From positions 1 to 44,412 of the forward strand of contig JAZRYV010000122.1 in assembly GCA_045600925.1 (NCBI GenBank): a DNA stretch of 44,412 nt, given 5' to 3'. Made by a program: the position numbers and the translations under genes. A model generated the notes under the pieces. That model was not told where the DNA came from. It saw nothing but the letters and a program-made list of their open reading frames with translations, and made no database searches. How positions within the stretch are numbered: the stretch's first letter is position 1; the number at the start of each line of letters is the position of its first letter. The stretch comes from Spirochaetota bacterium (lineage in GTDB: Bacteria; Spirochaetota; UBA4802; UBA5550). This document shows, piece by piece, positions 36,416-44,412 of the stretch.

Positions 36416-39400
36416 TCTTTTTCTCCTTACTCTTGTTTTTTCTTATAATATTGTATTTCATCAAAGTCTTGGTTTTATTAAGAACCATTTCGTCCGGTTT
36501 TTTCGGATCTGGTTTACAGAGCCTGTTTTCTCTGGGATCATAGTAGGTATAGCTGGAATTGACTCCTGCAGGATCCTTAACTGTAAAATACAGCTGATTG
36601 TTTATAACTGTATATCCGTCAAAAACCACTGAATGTCCCCGTTCTTTACCAGGACCTTCCCCTACTCTGGCATGAATCACTGCCCCTTCATTAAGAACTT
36701 TAATCATGTCATTGACTGCGCTGTCAGTCGGGGCACCAAATTTTTTAGAAACAGGATCATAGGCTCCTGTATCAATGTATGCCTCCGGCCCCCCGCTGAC
36801 TCCAAGGAGCTCCAGGATCTTCGACGGATCCCGGACATAGGCATCCTTCCCTCTGACTGCGGAATTCTTCCCGTCCCAGGACAGCGTATTTACCGCCATG
36901 TCAAAGGCTTCCGCCAGAGAAATATCAGGATTCCCTCCCAGAATCTGAGCTATCATGTAGTAGCTGGTAAAAGTACAGGCTGATTTGCCAGGTCTGGTAC
37001 TGCCAAGACTCATCTGATAATAATTCTGAATTTTTGAGGCAAGACCTTCAATGTCAATATCCGGATATTTTTCCTTAAGGGCTGCTACAAAGTCATCAAT
37101 TTTTTTCTGAATTCCTTCCGCAGCATTTCCTTCCTCTTCCGGAACAGATTCTTCAGCCTCAGAAACGGCAAAAGAAAAATCCAGCCCGAGGGACTGAAAT
37201 ATGCCGTTGATTTTTTCCTTCATGGAATCAATCTTTCCGGAAGCCTCTCTTCCCAGACCTGATACTATGCTGTCCCATGTATTACCCGGTTCTGACAGTA
37301 CATTTATAAGATCCTCATAAAAAGCAGGAAGTCCGGCCTCTATTCTGTTATACAGAGCCACCCCCTGTGAAAAAGCGGTGGACAGTGTATCCAAAGGATG
37401 AAGGATCTCCTCATTTATTTCAAAAGCTCCGCTGAAACCCAGTTCAGGTCCTTCATACTGGGAGACACTGGTGTCCCTGTTCAGACCTTCTGTACTGCCT
37501 CCATCCAGAACAGTTATGGTTCCAGCTCCGACTGTTGCAATATTATTCTGACTGCTCCAGTTCACTCCGTAGTCTCCGGAAACCGTTCCGGAAGAATCCG
37601 ATTCGCCTTCCCCTGTACTGCACTCTGCACTGAGTCCGAAAGAAAAGCTGCCCTCAGAATCCTGAATGCTGCTGTATTCCAGACTTCCTGTGGTCAGATC
37701 CAGTTTTTCATCATCCGAATCAATTACAGCTCCCCTTATTGATGTTTTCCCTGCGACATTAATATCAACAGAATTCCCTGTAAAGGATGTCTGATCCGTT
37801 ACCCATGATCTGTCAGATGAAGATACAGATAAAGAGGCATTTCCTCCGGAGGTATTCACTCCACCTCCAAAAGAAGCAGAGGAAGAAGAGGAAGTATCCT
37901 GAAGAGATTCCAGAAGAAGATTTCCTCCGGCAGATACAGACAGAGCCCCCTCTGCATCCACATTGACACCGGAACCGGTTATATTCCCCTCCGAATTAAG
38001 AGTAATATTTCCACCTGTAATAACACTGTTTACATGAAAAGATGCGTCATTTTCATTCTGAGAAACATTTCCTGAAGCAGAGCTGAAACTCAGTCCTGCT
38101 GTTCCTATCCCGAAAGACGCATTAAGAGAATGACTGGAAGAACTGCCGGATGAGGATCCTTCTCCGGCTCCCAGACGGATCTCTCCTGCTTCTATGAGAA
38201 TATTTCCTGCAGAAACAGGTTCTTCTCCATCTTCCGGTTCACCAAAAGAATAAGATGTAACAGTACTGCCGGTAATATCAGCACTTTCTCCTGCCTTAAT
38301 GACAACGTTTCCTTCCCCTGCAATAACAGAACCCACAGTATTTTCGGAATGGGAAGAAGAGGTATTAACAGAGGCACTTATATCCATATTCACATCTGCC
38401 TTAAAACCTGCTGTTCCAAGACTGGCTGCTGCATTTCCTGCAGCAGAAACAGCAGCCAGAGCTGCTGCAGCCTGATTTTCAGTACACAGCACAATATTTG
38501 CCAGATAATACTTCTCTGCTTCCATAGTTCGGTCATAGGTTTCCTTTGTAATGAGCCCTTTTTTATAAGCTTCCTCTGCCTTTTCCTTTTCATGGAGATA
38601 GGCATCGTAATCCTTTCTTGCCTGATCCAGTTTTTCCGTGGCTTCTGCAGCTTCTTTTATTGCCTGAGCCGCAGATCCTCCGGAATTACTTACCCCGGCA
38701 GAAACCACCACTGCCCCCTGAGCTGTGCTTTCAGAAGAATCAGCTGTTTCCACAGCACAGTTTATGACTACATTTTTTTCCGATGACAGGGAAAGATCAT
38801 CTTTTGCCGACACATAAGAACCTGTGACAGTCAGATCTCCTTTTGATGAAATGGATACATTCTGACCATATATGCCGGATGATGTCTGAGATGTTTCAGA
38901 AGTACTGTTCTCCTGTTTAAGATACTCTCCTGTGGCAAGGGTAACGGAAAGACTTTCTCCGGAAAACAGAGTTTCCAGTATTTCCGGAGTATTGTTATAA
39001 TTAAAAAAATCTCCGGCTATTTTGTCAAAGTCTCTGATGCAGTCTCCGGCAGTAATATTTATATTTTCATGGGAACTGTGTTCCATGTAAAAATTTTCCG
39101 CCGTCTCTGCAGTAAAGGCTCCGTCAGTATTAATATCCACACTGTATGCAGAAACAGTACTTCCACTTAACAGTGTATCTCCGCTGCTGTGGCTTATAAA
39201 ACCTCCTGCCTCTGCTTCCGTTCCATGAGACGAGACAGACATATTTCCTGCTGTGTCTGCAGTTATATCCGCCAGATTCAGACCATCAACAAAGGAAGCT
39301 GATGAATGAAGATGTTCCTCACTGTGATAGTCATATGAAGAAAGGAGACTGATGTCTCCGCCGGCTTCCATGGAAATACAGTTCCCTGCAGAAACACAGC

Positions 39401-42400
39401 TTCCTGTAAGAGTAACATCCGCCCCTGCATCATATGAATTATTCCCTTCTGAAGAAGATGATGATCCAGCAGAAACAAAATCCTGTACAGAATCAGCATC
39501 CTGAGATTTTCCCCAGACACCTCCGTGACCGAAACCACTTTTGGTTTCAGTATGAACATATTCATGTTCATTTACAGCAGCATTCTCAGTAATGCTTCCT
39601 TCAGCCTGACGGCTTATACTCCCTCCTGCTGAAATTGTACTTCCCTGAATGATCAGATCCTCTCCGGAAATCAGTTCCACACCCTCTCCTGCCTGAATAG
39701 AAGAACCGACAGACACCTTATCCCATTCCCGCGTATAAGAATCGAAAGATGACCATGTACTGTCCCCGTGATGGATTCTTTCATAAAGCCTGCTCTCATA
39801 GGCATCCGCAATAGAAAAAGTTTTCCCTGCCTTCCCGTAAAAAGACCCGCCTGTATTTACAGTACTTCCCTGAATCAGAATTCCGCCACCTGCATTCAGA
39901 CCAAAACTCCCTGCTGTATTTACCTCCACAGGAAGAATCTCAGTCTGAGTCAGGCTCCAGGATGTTCCTCCTCCGGATGATCCGGTCTGAGAAAAAACTT
40001 CCTGATTCGTAATATTTACGGATCCGGCTGCTTCCATCCAGACATCTCCGTCCCCATGCAGAATACCGTGTATTTCAATATCTCCGTCAGCAGAAACATC
40101 AGCATTCCCTCCTGCAGAAATTTCAGCAGTACTGCCTGTATAACTGAAAATCTGTCCGGAAGAATTTTCCTGTTCAATATATGATCCGCTGTACAATGAT
40201 CCGGAATTAATGATAATATCATCTCCGGAATGGACTGTCCCGCTTAAATTAGAAAAGACACCCTGAACATCAGCAGTCAGATCTTCTCCCGAAGAAAGAA
40301 TGCCGCTGCTTCCTCCGGCACTTTCATTATAAAAGGCAGAAGACTGAATATTAATATCTTCTTCTGCAGTTATAAAGCCGCTGTTATGGACTGAGCCGTC
40401 AATATCAATGTCCACACTGCCCCCTGCAAGAACAGCTCCCTGTCCGGAATCAAAGCCTTCAAGCATGGAGGATGGAACATAAATTCTGGGAATCAGAACT
40501 GTTTCTCCGTCTATGACCTCGTAAACATACCATACAACAGGCTGCTGAAGACTGCTGATCTGTTCCGGAGTAAGTTCTGTTCCTATGGAAAGATGAAGAT
40601 TCTCCATGACATTTTCTGCATTATCCATGAGAATAAGCATCTGTTCCCTGTCTGATGACACCTCTTTGGAAATATACTTTCTCTTAAGAGCCTGTTCCAC
40701 CATGAGAGACACCAGCTGCTGCTCATAAAAAGGATCCCCCGCAAACTTTGTGCCATCCGGAACTTCTATTCCTGCCCTGCTGAGAAAATATTCAGAACCG
40801 AAAAAATCTGACTGATCCACGAACTGACTCCGTGTTTCCACAAGGTACTGTGAATCTCTGGATGCCTGCTGAAATACAGGCATGCCGTTCAGATAATGAA
40901 TATAATCCGATGAATCTGCATATCCGTTATCCTTTATGTTCTGTATACGGTCCGAATACACAGTATGGATTCCAGGCAGCTCTGCAAATCCGTTCCACAG
41001 TCCTGTGTTCTCTTCAGATGCACCGTCCTTTACAGAAAGATTTCCACCTGCAAGAACAGATGCCTGATCAGAAGAAATAAAGGTAAGAGTTCCGGAATCC
41101 CACCAGTCGGAATACCTGTTATGATGATCATATGTAAAGGGACCTATTTTTTCGGATACCCATTCCTTTTTTCCCCAGTGTCTCCATTCCGGCAGGAACA
41201 GATCCTCCGTAAAGGTCAGATTCTTTACAGTATCTGCATTCAGATTCATATCCTGTCCGGCCAGTATCAGGCTTCCATTGTTTTCCAGAACCGATGCTTC
41301 TACAGTAAGATCTGTTCCTGCACTTATTACTGAAGGAACAGATGTTTTTTCATAATCCGCAGTGTACTCCTCAAGAACAACCGTGGATTCACTCTGATAA
41401 TCGCTTTTAAACTGTTTTATGAGAGTATATACTGCATCCCTGTCCAGCCCGTTATTATAAAGTTTTCCTCTTCCAAGATTCATAGTGACAGAACCGTCGG
41501 CAGAGATAAAACCTTCATCATTGTAAAGGTCCATATCTTCCATGCCTTCGAACAGAAGATCATCAAAGCTGCAGACAGCACCCTGCTGATTACGCAGAAT
41601 GGCAGCTGTTATGCTCATGTCTCCGGAAGACAAAAGCAGTCCCAGATTGTTCACCTGATCAGCAGTAATATTCATGAAACCTCCTGATTCCACAGAGGCA
41701 TCCGGTCCGTTCGTAACAGTTTTACCTGTTAAACTGACTCCTCCCAAACCGGAAACAAAACCTTCATTATCGATGCTGTCCGCAGATACTTCAACTCTGC
41801 CCATGGACTCCGAAGTTCCCCTGCCGGTAAAACTTCCTGCTGCAGTTACAGAAAGATTCCCGGCAGCGGCTGTATCTGCCAGCTCAATGTTTCCCTGAGC
41901 CGTGATCACCAGATCTCCGGCATCAGCAGTCAGGGCAGAATCTGATCTTACGCCAAGACCTGCCTCATTGCCTACAAGGTAAATTCTGCCTGCAGAAACG
42001 TTTCCAAGAACAGAACAGTCCACTGCAAACTGAGGAGCAGGACCGGCATTCCGGTCTTCCTGCTTCAGTTTTCTGCTGCCGTAATCATAGGACCCGGTTC
42101 CGGTCTGCATATGGAGATTTTCTGCTTTCACAGCTCCGCCGACAGTTATGGATCTGGTCACAAGATCAAGTCTGTCTGTTCCGTATGCATTCATTCCTCC
42201 GGATCCTATTTCAATGCTGCCGCCGCTGACATCAGCCCCCTTAAAACTGCCTCCTTCATAAATTCCTCTTCCTGTAATCAGAGAAGCAGAAGGCATGTTG
42301 ATGAAACCTGCACCGCTGACATACATTCCGTTCGGATTAAGAAGCACCAGATCTGCTGATTTACCGAACATTTCGGTTGTACCTGCAAGAGTGGAAGGCA

Positions 42401-42764
42401 GAGAACCTGTAACTTCGTTTACAACCAGATCCGCAGTTCTTCCGTTCTGCTGATAGTCAGGATTTCCGCAGATGTATCCGCCGAGAACTGACTGACCGTA
42501 CTGAACCGAATTGTTCAGAATCAGATTGGATTCATCCACATTGTAGGATGAAAAATGATTGAGAGAAACTCCTGCCGGAGAAGGAGCCGTAAGGTTGATT
42601 ACAGGTGTTCCGTTGGGAGCAATATCCATTCCGGGACCGTGACCTGCGGAATTATCAGGAACAATGTTTGCCCCGAAGACTTTTGAAACAGCCAGCTGCA
42701 TTTGTGCAGCTGCTGCCAGAAGCAGAAATACAGCTGTCAGAAAAGATCTTTTTACCGCTTTCAT
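36357..42764 (-). CDS. TpsA/FhaB-family filamentous exoprotein (2135 aa) with a C-terminal papain-fold cysteine peptidase-like toxin domain
   Basis: Signal peptide MKAVKRSFLTAVFLLLAAAAQMQLA. The TPS (haemagglutination activity) domain reads NGTPVINLTAPSPAGVSLNHFSSYNVDESNLILNNS...LLNPNGMYVSGAGFIN (~42240-42677). About 1700 aa of G/S/T/N-rich beta-helix-type repeats follow. The C-terminal ~190 aa carry GKSACTFTSYY (Cys codon 36975-36977), GHSVVFDGY (His codon 36633-36635) and FTVKDPAG. Confidence 0.88.
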   Translation of the reverse strand: MKAVKRSFLTAVFLLLAAAAQMQLAVSKVFGANIVPDNSAGHGPGMDIAPNGTPVINLTAPSPAGVSLNHFSSYNVDESNLILNNSVQYGQSVLGGYICGNPDYQQNGRTADLVVNEVTGSLPSTLAGTTEMFGKSADLVLLNPNGMYVSGAGFINMPSASLITGRGIYEGGSFKGADVSGGSIEIGSGGMNAYGTDRLDLVTRSITVGGAVKAENLHMQTGTGSYDYGSRKLKQEDRNAGPAPQFAVDCSVLGNVSAGRIYLVGNEAGLGVRSDSALTADAGDLVITAQGNIELADTAAAGNLSVTAAGSFTGRGTSESMGRVEVSADSIDNEGFVSGLGGVSLTGKTVTNGPDASVESGGFMNITADQVNNLGLLLSSGDMSITAAILRNQQGAVCSFDDLLFEGMEDMDLYNDEGFISADGSVTMNLGRGKLYNNGLDRDAVYTLIKQFKSDYQSESTVVLEEYTADYEKTSVPSVISAGTDLTVEASVLENNGSLILAGQDMNLNADTVKNLTFTEDLFLPEWRHWGKKEWVSEKIGPFTYDHHNRYSDWWDSGTLTFISSDQASVLAGGNLSVKDGASEENTGLWNGFAELPGIHTVYSDRIQNIKDNGYADSSDYIHYLNGMPVFQQASRDSQYLVETRSQFVDQSDFFGSEYFLSRAGIEVPDGTKFAGDPFYEQQLVSLMVEQALKRKYISKEVSSDREQMLILMDNAENVMENLHLSIGTELTPEQISSLQQPVVWYVYEVIDGETVLIPRIYVPSSMLEGFDSGQGAVLAGGSVDIDIDGSVHNSGFITAEEDINIQSSAFYNESAGGSSGILSSGEDLTADVQGVFSNLSGTVHSGDDIIINSGSLYSGSYIEQENSSGQIFSYTGSTAEISAGGNADVSADGDIEIHGILHGDGDVWMEAAGSVNITNQEVFSQTGSSGGGTSWSLTQTEILPVEVNTAGSFGLNAGGGILIQGSTVNTGGSFYGKAGKTFSIADAYESRLYERIHHGDSTWSSFDSYTREWDKVSVGSSIQAGEGVELISGEDLIIQGSTISAGGSISRQAEGSITENAAVNEHEYVHTETKSGFGHGGVWGKSQDADSVQDFVSAGSSSSSEGNNSYDAGADVTLTGSCVSAGNCISMEAGGDISLLSSYDYHSEEHLHSSASFVDGLNLADITADTAGNMSVSSHGTEAEAGGFISHSSGDTLLSGSTVSAYSVDINTDGAFTAETAENFYMEHSSHENINITAGDCIRDFDKIAGDFFNYNNTPEILETLFSGESLSVTLATGEYLKQENSTSETSQTSSGIYGQNVSISSKGDLTVTGSYVSAKDDLSLSSEKNVVINCAVETADSSESTAQGAVVVSAGVSNSGGSAAQAIKEAAEATEKLDQARKDYDAYLHEKEKAEEAYKKGLITKETYDRTMEAEKYYLANIVLCTENQAAAALAAVSAAGNAAASLGTAGFKADVNMDISASVNTSSSHSENTVGSVIAGEGNVVIKAGESADITGSTVTSYSFGEPEDGEEPVSAGNILIEAGEIRLGAGEGSSSGSSSSHSLNASFGIGTAGLSFSSASGNVSQNENDASFHVNSVITGGNITLNSEGNITGSGVNVDAEGALSVSAGGNLLLESLQDTSSSSSASFGGGVNTSGGNASLSVSSSDRSWVTDQTSFTGNSVDINVAGKTSIRGAVIDSDDEKLDLTTGSLEYSSIQDSEGSFSFGLSAECSTGEGESDSSGTVSGDYGVNWSSQNNIATVGAGTITVLDGGSTEGLNRDTSVSQYEGPELGFSGAFEINEEILHPLDTLSTAFSQGVALYNRIEAGLPAFYEDLINVLSEPGNTWDSIVSGLGREASGKIDSMKEKINGIFQSLGLDFSFAVSEAEESVPEEEGNAAEGIQKKIDDFVAALKEKYPDIDIEGLASKIQNYYQMSLGSTRPGKSACTFTSYYMIAQILGGNPDISLAEAFDMAVNTLSWDGKNSAVRGKDAYVRDPSKILELLGVSGGPEAYIDTGAYDPVSKKFGAPTDSAVNDMIKVLNEGAVIHARVGEGPGKERGHSVVFDGYTVINNQLYFTVKDPAGVNSSYTYYDPRENRLCKPDPKKPDEMVLNKTKTLMKYNIIRKNKSKEKKNEKNRSRAYDSGRSRRFWC

Positions 42765-42788
42765 ATATTCCTCCAGAAAAAATTTTCC

Positions 42789-42873
42789 GAGGGAAAATCC
42801 CTCTGAAAGGAATACGTAAATGGAGGCCTGATTTTTAAAAAAATACGGAATTTTTTTGAACTTTTTTTAAAAA
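42789..42873. repeat. Copy A of an ~85-nt imperfect direct repeat (tpsA leader/promoter region)
   Basis: Shares an identical 18-nt core CCTCTGAAAGGAATACGT (42800-42817) with copy B. It also shares ordered blocks: GAGGG(C)AAAA, GAGG(C/T)CT, TTTAAAAAA, CGGAA(T/C)TTTTTT, TTTTTTT(G)AAAAA. It contains the hairpin GAGGGA-AAA-TCCCTC (42789-42803). Confidence 0.8.
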
Positions 42874-42882
42874 TTTTAAATT

Positions 42883-42905
42883 TTTTTTGCATTTTATGCA
42901 AAAAA
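42883..42905. promoter_or_regulatory. Perfect 10-bp A/T-rich palindrome (weak terminator of the 81-aa ORF or an operator in the tpsA promoter)
   Basis: TTTTTTGCAT-TTT-ATGCAAAAAA, immediately after the stop codon at 42906-42908 (minus sense). Confidence 0.4.
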
Positions 42906-43151
42906 TCAGCCTTTTATGACCAGTTCAGTGATTACTGACATGGGAATACCTGTGATTCCGGAAACAAAGGAAGGAGGACTGCCGGATGACAGCAGAGCCT
43001 GAGACATCTCCATTCTTGCCTTCCTTTCCCCTATTTTTATGCCTGCTCGTTCCCCCAGAGAAATACCTTCCCTCATTCCCTCTGTTCTGGCATTCTGATA
43101 TTTCATCCTCAGAATCATAAATGCCTGTTTCCACTGATCAGAATTTTTCAT
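42906..43151 (-). CDS. 81-aa ORF resembling only the C-terminal module of Rpn/TIGR01784-type PD-(D/E)xK putative transposase-family proteins; probable gene remnant or stand-alone small protein
   Basis: The segment ARTEGMREGISLGERAGIKIGERKARMEMSQALLSSG..ITGIPMSVITELV matches the EG-repeat plus helix-turn-helix-like tail I recall for that family. No nuclease domain is present. RBS-like AGAGG lies upstream. Confidence 0.45.
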   Translation of the reverse strand: MKNSDQWKQAFMILRMKYQNARTEGMREGISLGERAGIKIGERKARMEMSQALLSSGSPPSFVSGITGIPMSVITELVIKG

Positions 43152-43220
43152 TTTTACCTCTTTTTTCTGAAATTCTCCCCGGACAGGGATTGGCTTTCTT
43201 CTGCCCTTTTCCCTGAACAG

Positions 43221-43313
43221 GAGGGCAAAAAGGAAAAGCCTCTGAAAGGAATACGTTTTTGAGGTCTTAAAATTTAAAAAATTCCGGAACTTTTTTCTGT
43301 TTTTTTGAAAAAA
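43221..43313. repeat. Copy B of the ~85-nt imperfect direct repeat (leader of the 81-aa ORF)
   Basis: Core CCTCTGAAAGGAATACGT at 43239-43256, same orientation as copy A and 439 nt away. Confidence 0.8.
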
Positions 43314-43439
43314 TGAAGTTTTTAATGGTTTGATGCTTTAAAAAGAACAGACGTTCGGGCTGAACAGTTAAATATCAGCAAAAAAAATCCTTGAAAAAAA
43401 CCTGTTATTATTAATAAACTTCAAACAGGAGGAGAAAAT

Positions 43440-43736
43440 ATGGGACAGATAATATATGATATTCCAAGAACTGAAGGAGAGATCATTCGTGTTGAAGTAA
43501 GTGACTTCAAAGGGCATGAACTGATTAATATGAGAACATGGTATGCATCCATTGATACAGCATCAGGCAGTCTGACCTACAAACCAACACAGAAGGGATT
43601 TGCTCTTAAAGTTGAAAAATTCAGCGAACTGAAAGAAGCTGTAAGAAGGCTGGAACTTTTTCTGTCCGACAGGGAAAAAGGCATTCAGCCAGAACAGTTT
43701 CAGGAAGCGAAAACTGAAGATATTCCGGAAGAATAA
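43440..43736 (+). CDS. PC4/YdbC-like small ssDNA-binding-fold protein
   Basis: 98 aa. The pattern EIIRVEVSDFKGHELINMRTWY...KPTQKGFALKVEKFSELKEAV matches bacterial PC4-like proteins as I recall them. RBS AGGAGGAG. Confidence 0.55.
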   Translation: MGQIIYDIPRTEGEIIRVEVSDFKGHELINMRTWYASIDTASGSLTYKPTQKGFALKVEKFSELKEAVRRLELFLSDREKGIQPEQFQEAKTEDIPEE

Positions 43737-43753
43737 TTAAAACAGGTGATCTT

Positions 43754-44290
43754 ATGAATAAAAAATTTTTTTCATTCTGTTCTGCTTTTATTGCTGCCGC
43801 TGCCTTTCTTATGCTTTCATGTTCTTCTGTCCAGAATCAGGGAGATGAATATGCTTCAGACGGTTTTCTGACAGCAGATCCTGAATCACCGGAACTTTTT
43901 CATGTTCTTCTGACGGCAGATTCCTATCAGGTCGTTCAGATGAAAAAGAAAGCCTCTATAGCCAGAGTTGAGGACAAAGGAGGAGATGCCTATATCTCCT
44001 CAGAGCTGACTGCTTTCAACAAGATTGATGAGGTCCGTGACGGCATAATAGCAGTCTGGCTTTTTCCTGACACCGGCAGGCTGATGAAGATCCGCCCTCA
44101 GAAATCAACATATCTTATGGAAATAGACAAACTGATTACTGATGACATACAGAGATGGAACTTCACTTTTCCAAATAAAACAATAGAACCCACAAGCTTC
44201 AGCATCCGGTACAGAGTCGTCCTTAAAAAGACTCTTTCCGATGAAGAAATAATCAAGGAAGTCCAGGACCGCATGAGAGAAGGAAACTGA
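43754..44290 (+). CDS. Lipoprotein, hypothetical
   Basis: Signal peptide plus lipobox (FLMLS|C). RBS AGGTGA. I recognise no family. Confidence 0.65.
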   Translation: MNKKFFSFCSAFIAAAAFLMLSCSSVQNQGDEYASDGFLTADPESPELFHVLLTADSYQVVQMKKKASIARVEDKGGDAYISSELTAFNKIDEVRDGIIAVWLFPDTGRLMKIRPQKSTYLMEIDKLITDDIQRWNFTFPNKTIEPTSFSIRYRVVLKKTLSDEEIIKEVQDRMREGN

Positions 44291-44314
44291 TTTCTTACCT
44301 TCTCTGCAGATAAG

Positions 44315-44347
44315 AAAAAGCCGGCTGTGCCGGCTTTTTCTTTTTTA
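44315..44347. terminator. Bidirectional rho-independent terminator
   Basis: AAGCCGGC-TGT-GCCGGCTT, flanked by an A-run upstream and TTTTTCTTTTTT downstream. It sits between convergent genes. Confidence 0.75.
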
Positions 44348-44358
44348 TGAAGGAAACA

Positions 44359-44412
44359 TTACAGAGACTTAGTATTTATAATAAGACGGACCTTGTTCTC
44401 CTCAAGATTCAT
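44359..44412 (-). CDS. 3' end (last 17 codons ..NLEENKVRLIINTKSL) of a minus-strand gene that starts beyond the window end
   Basis: Open frame from the window edge to TAA at 44359-44361, followed by the bidirectional terminator. Too short to identify. Confidence 0.3.
   Translation of the reverse strand: MNLEENKVRLIINTKSL

Noticed and set aside
41277-41291. VLENN in the exoprotein, resembling the CdiA VENN toxin-demarcation motif
   Set aside because: It lies in the N-terminal quarter of the protein within the repeat shaft, about 1400 residues from the C-terminal domain, and it is LENN rather than VENN.
1-44412. Looked for CRISPR repeats, tRNA/rRNA/tmRNA genes, integrases, transposases, reverse transcriptases and prophage structural genes
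   Set aside because: I recognised none. The only mobile-element-like trace is the 81-aa Rpn-like fragment.

Overview
Gene-dense bacterial chromosomal segment. I saw no rRNA, tRNA, CRISPR array, integrase or transposase. All product calls come from motif recognition by eye on the supplied ORF track plus my own translation of unlisted frames. No searches were run. The backbone is housekeeping: rhomboid-dut-rnj-uppP-ftsK-gltX (+); pnuC-like transporter and a ccmABCDEF cytochrome c maturation operon (-); two paralogous lipoproteins; uvrB-U32 peptidase (+); a GT2 glycosyltransferase and putP (-); panB-lrp and a DUF493 gene (+); HI0933 flavoprotein-glpX-alaS (-). Three accessory loci stand out. (1) An A+T-richer two-gene restriction-like island (10143-15276, minus strand) sits between gltX and pnuC. 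Its main product fuses a T5orf172/GIY-YIG-like head, an SF2 helicase, a gamma-class N6-adenine methyltransferase (NPPY) and a recognition tail in one polypeptide. A truncated methyltransferase-like/Cys4 partner precedes it. This is my best candidate for an undescribed system. (2) A 2135-aa TpsA/FhaB-type exoprotein (36357-42764, minus strand) ends in a papain-fold (Cys-His-Asp) toxin-like domain. A candidate immunity gene with a signal peptide overlaps its 3' end, no TpsB gene is nearby, and its leader is duplicated around an Rpn-like gene fragment. (3) The 5' part of an HsdR-like nuclease-helicase lies at the left edge. The ccm operon is the variant System I type: CcmE carries C-x-x-x-Y instead of H-x-x-x-Y, and no ccmG/H is present. 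Gene content is compatible with a spirochaete (Treponema-like), but that is only an impression.
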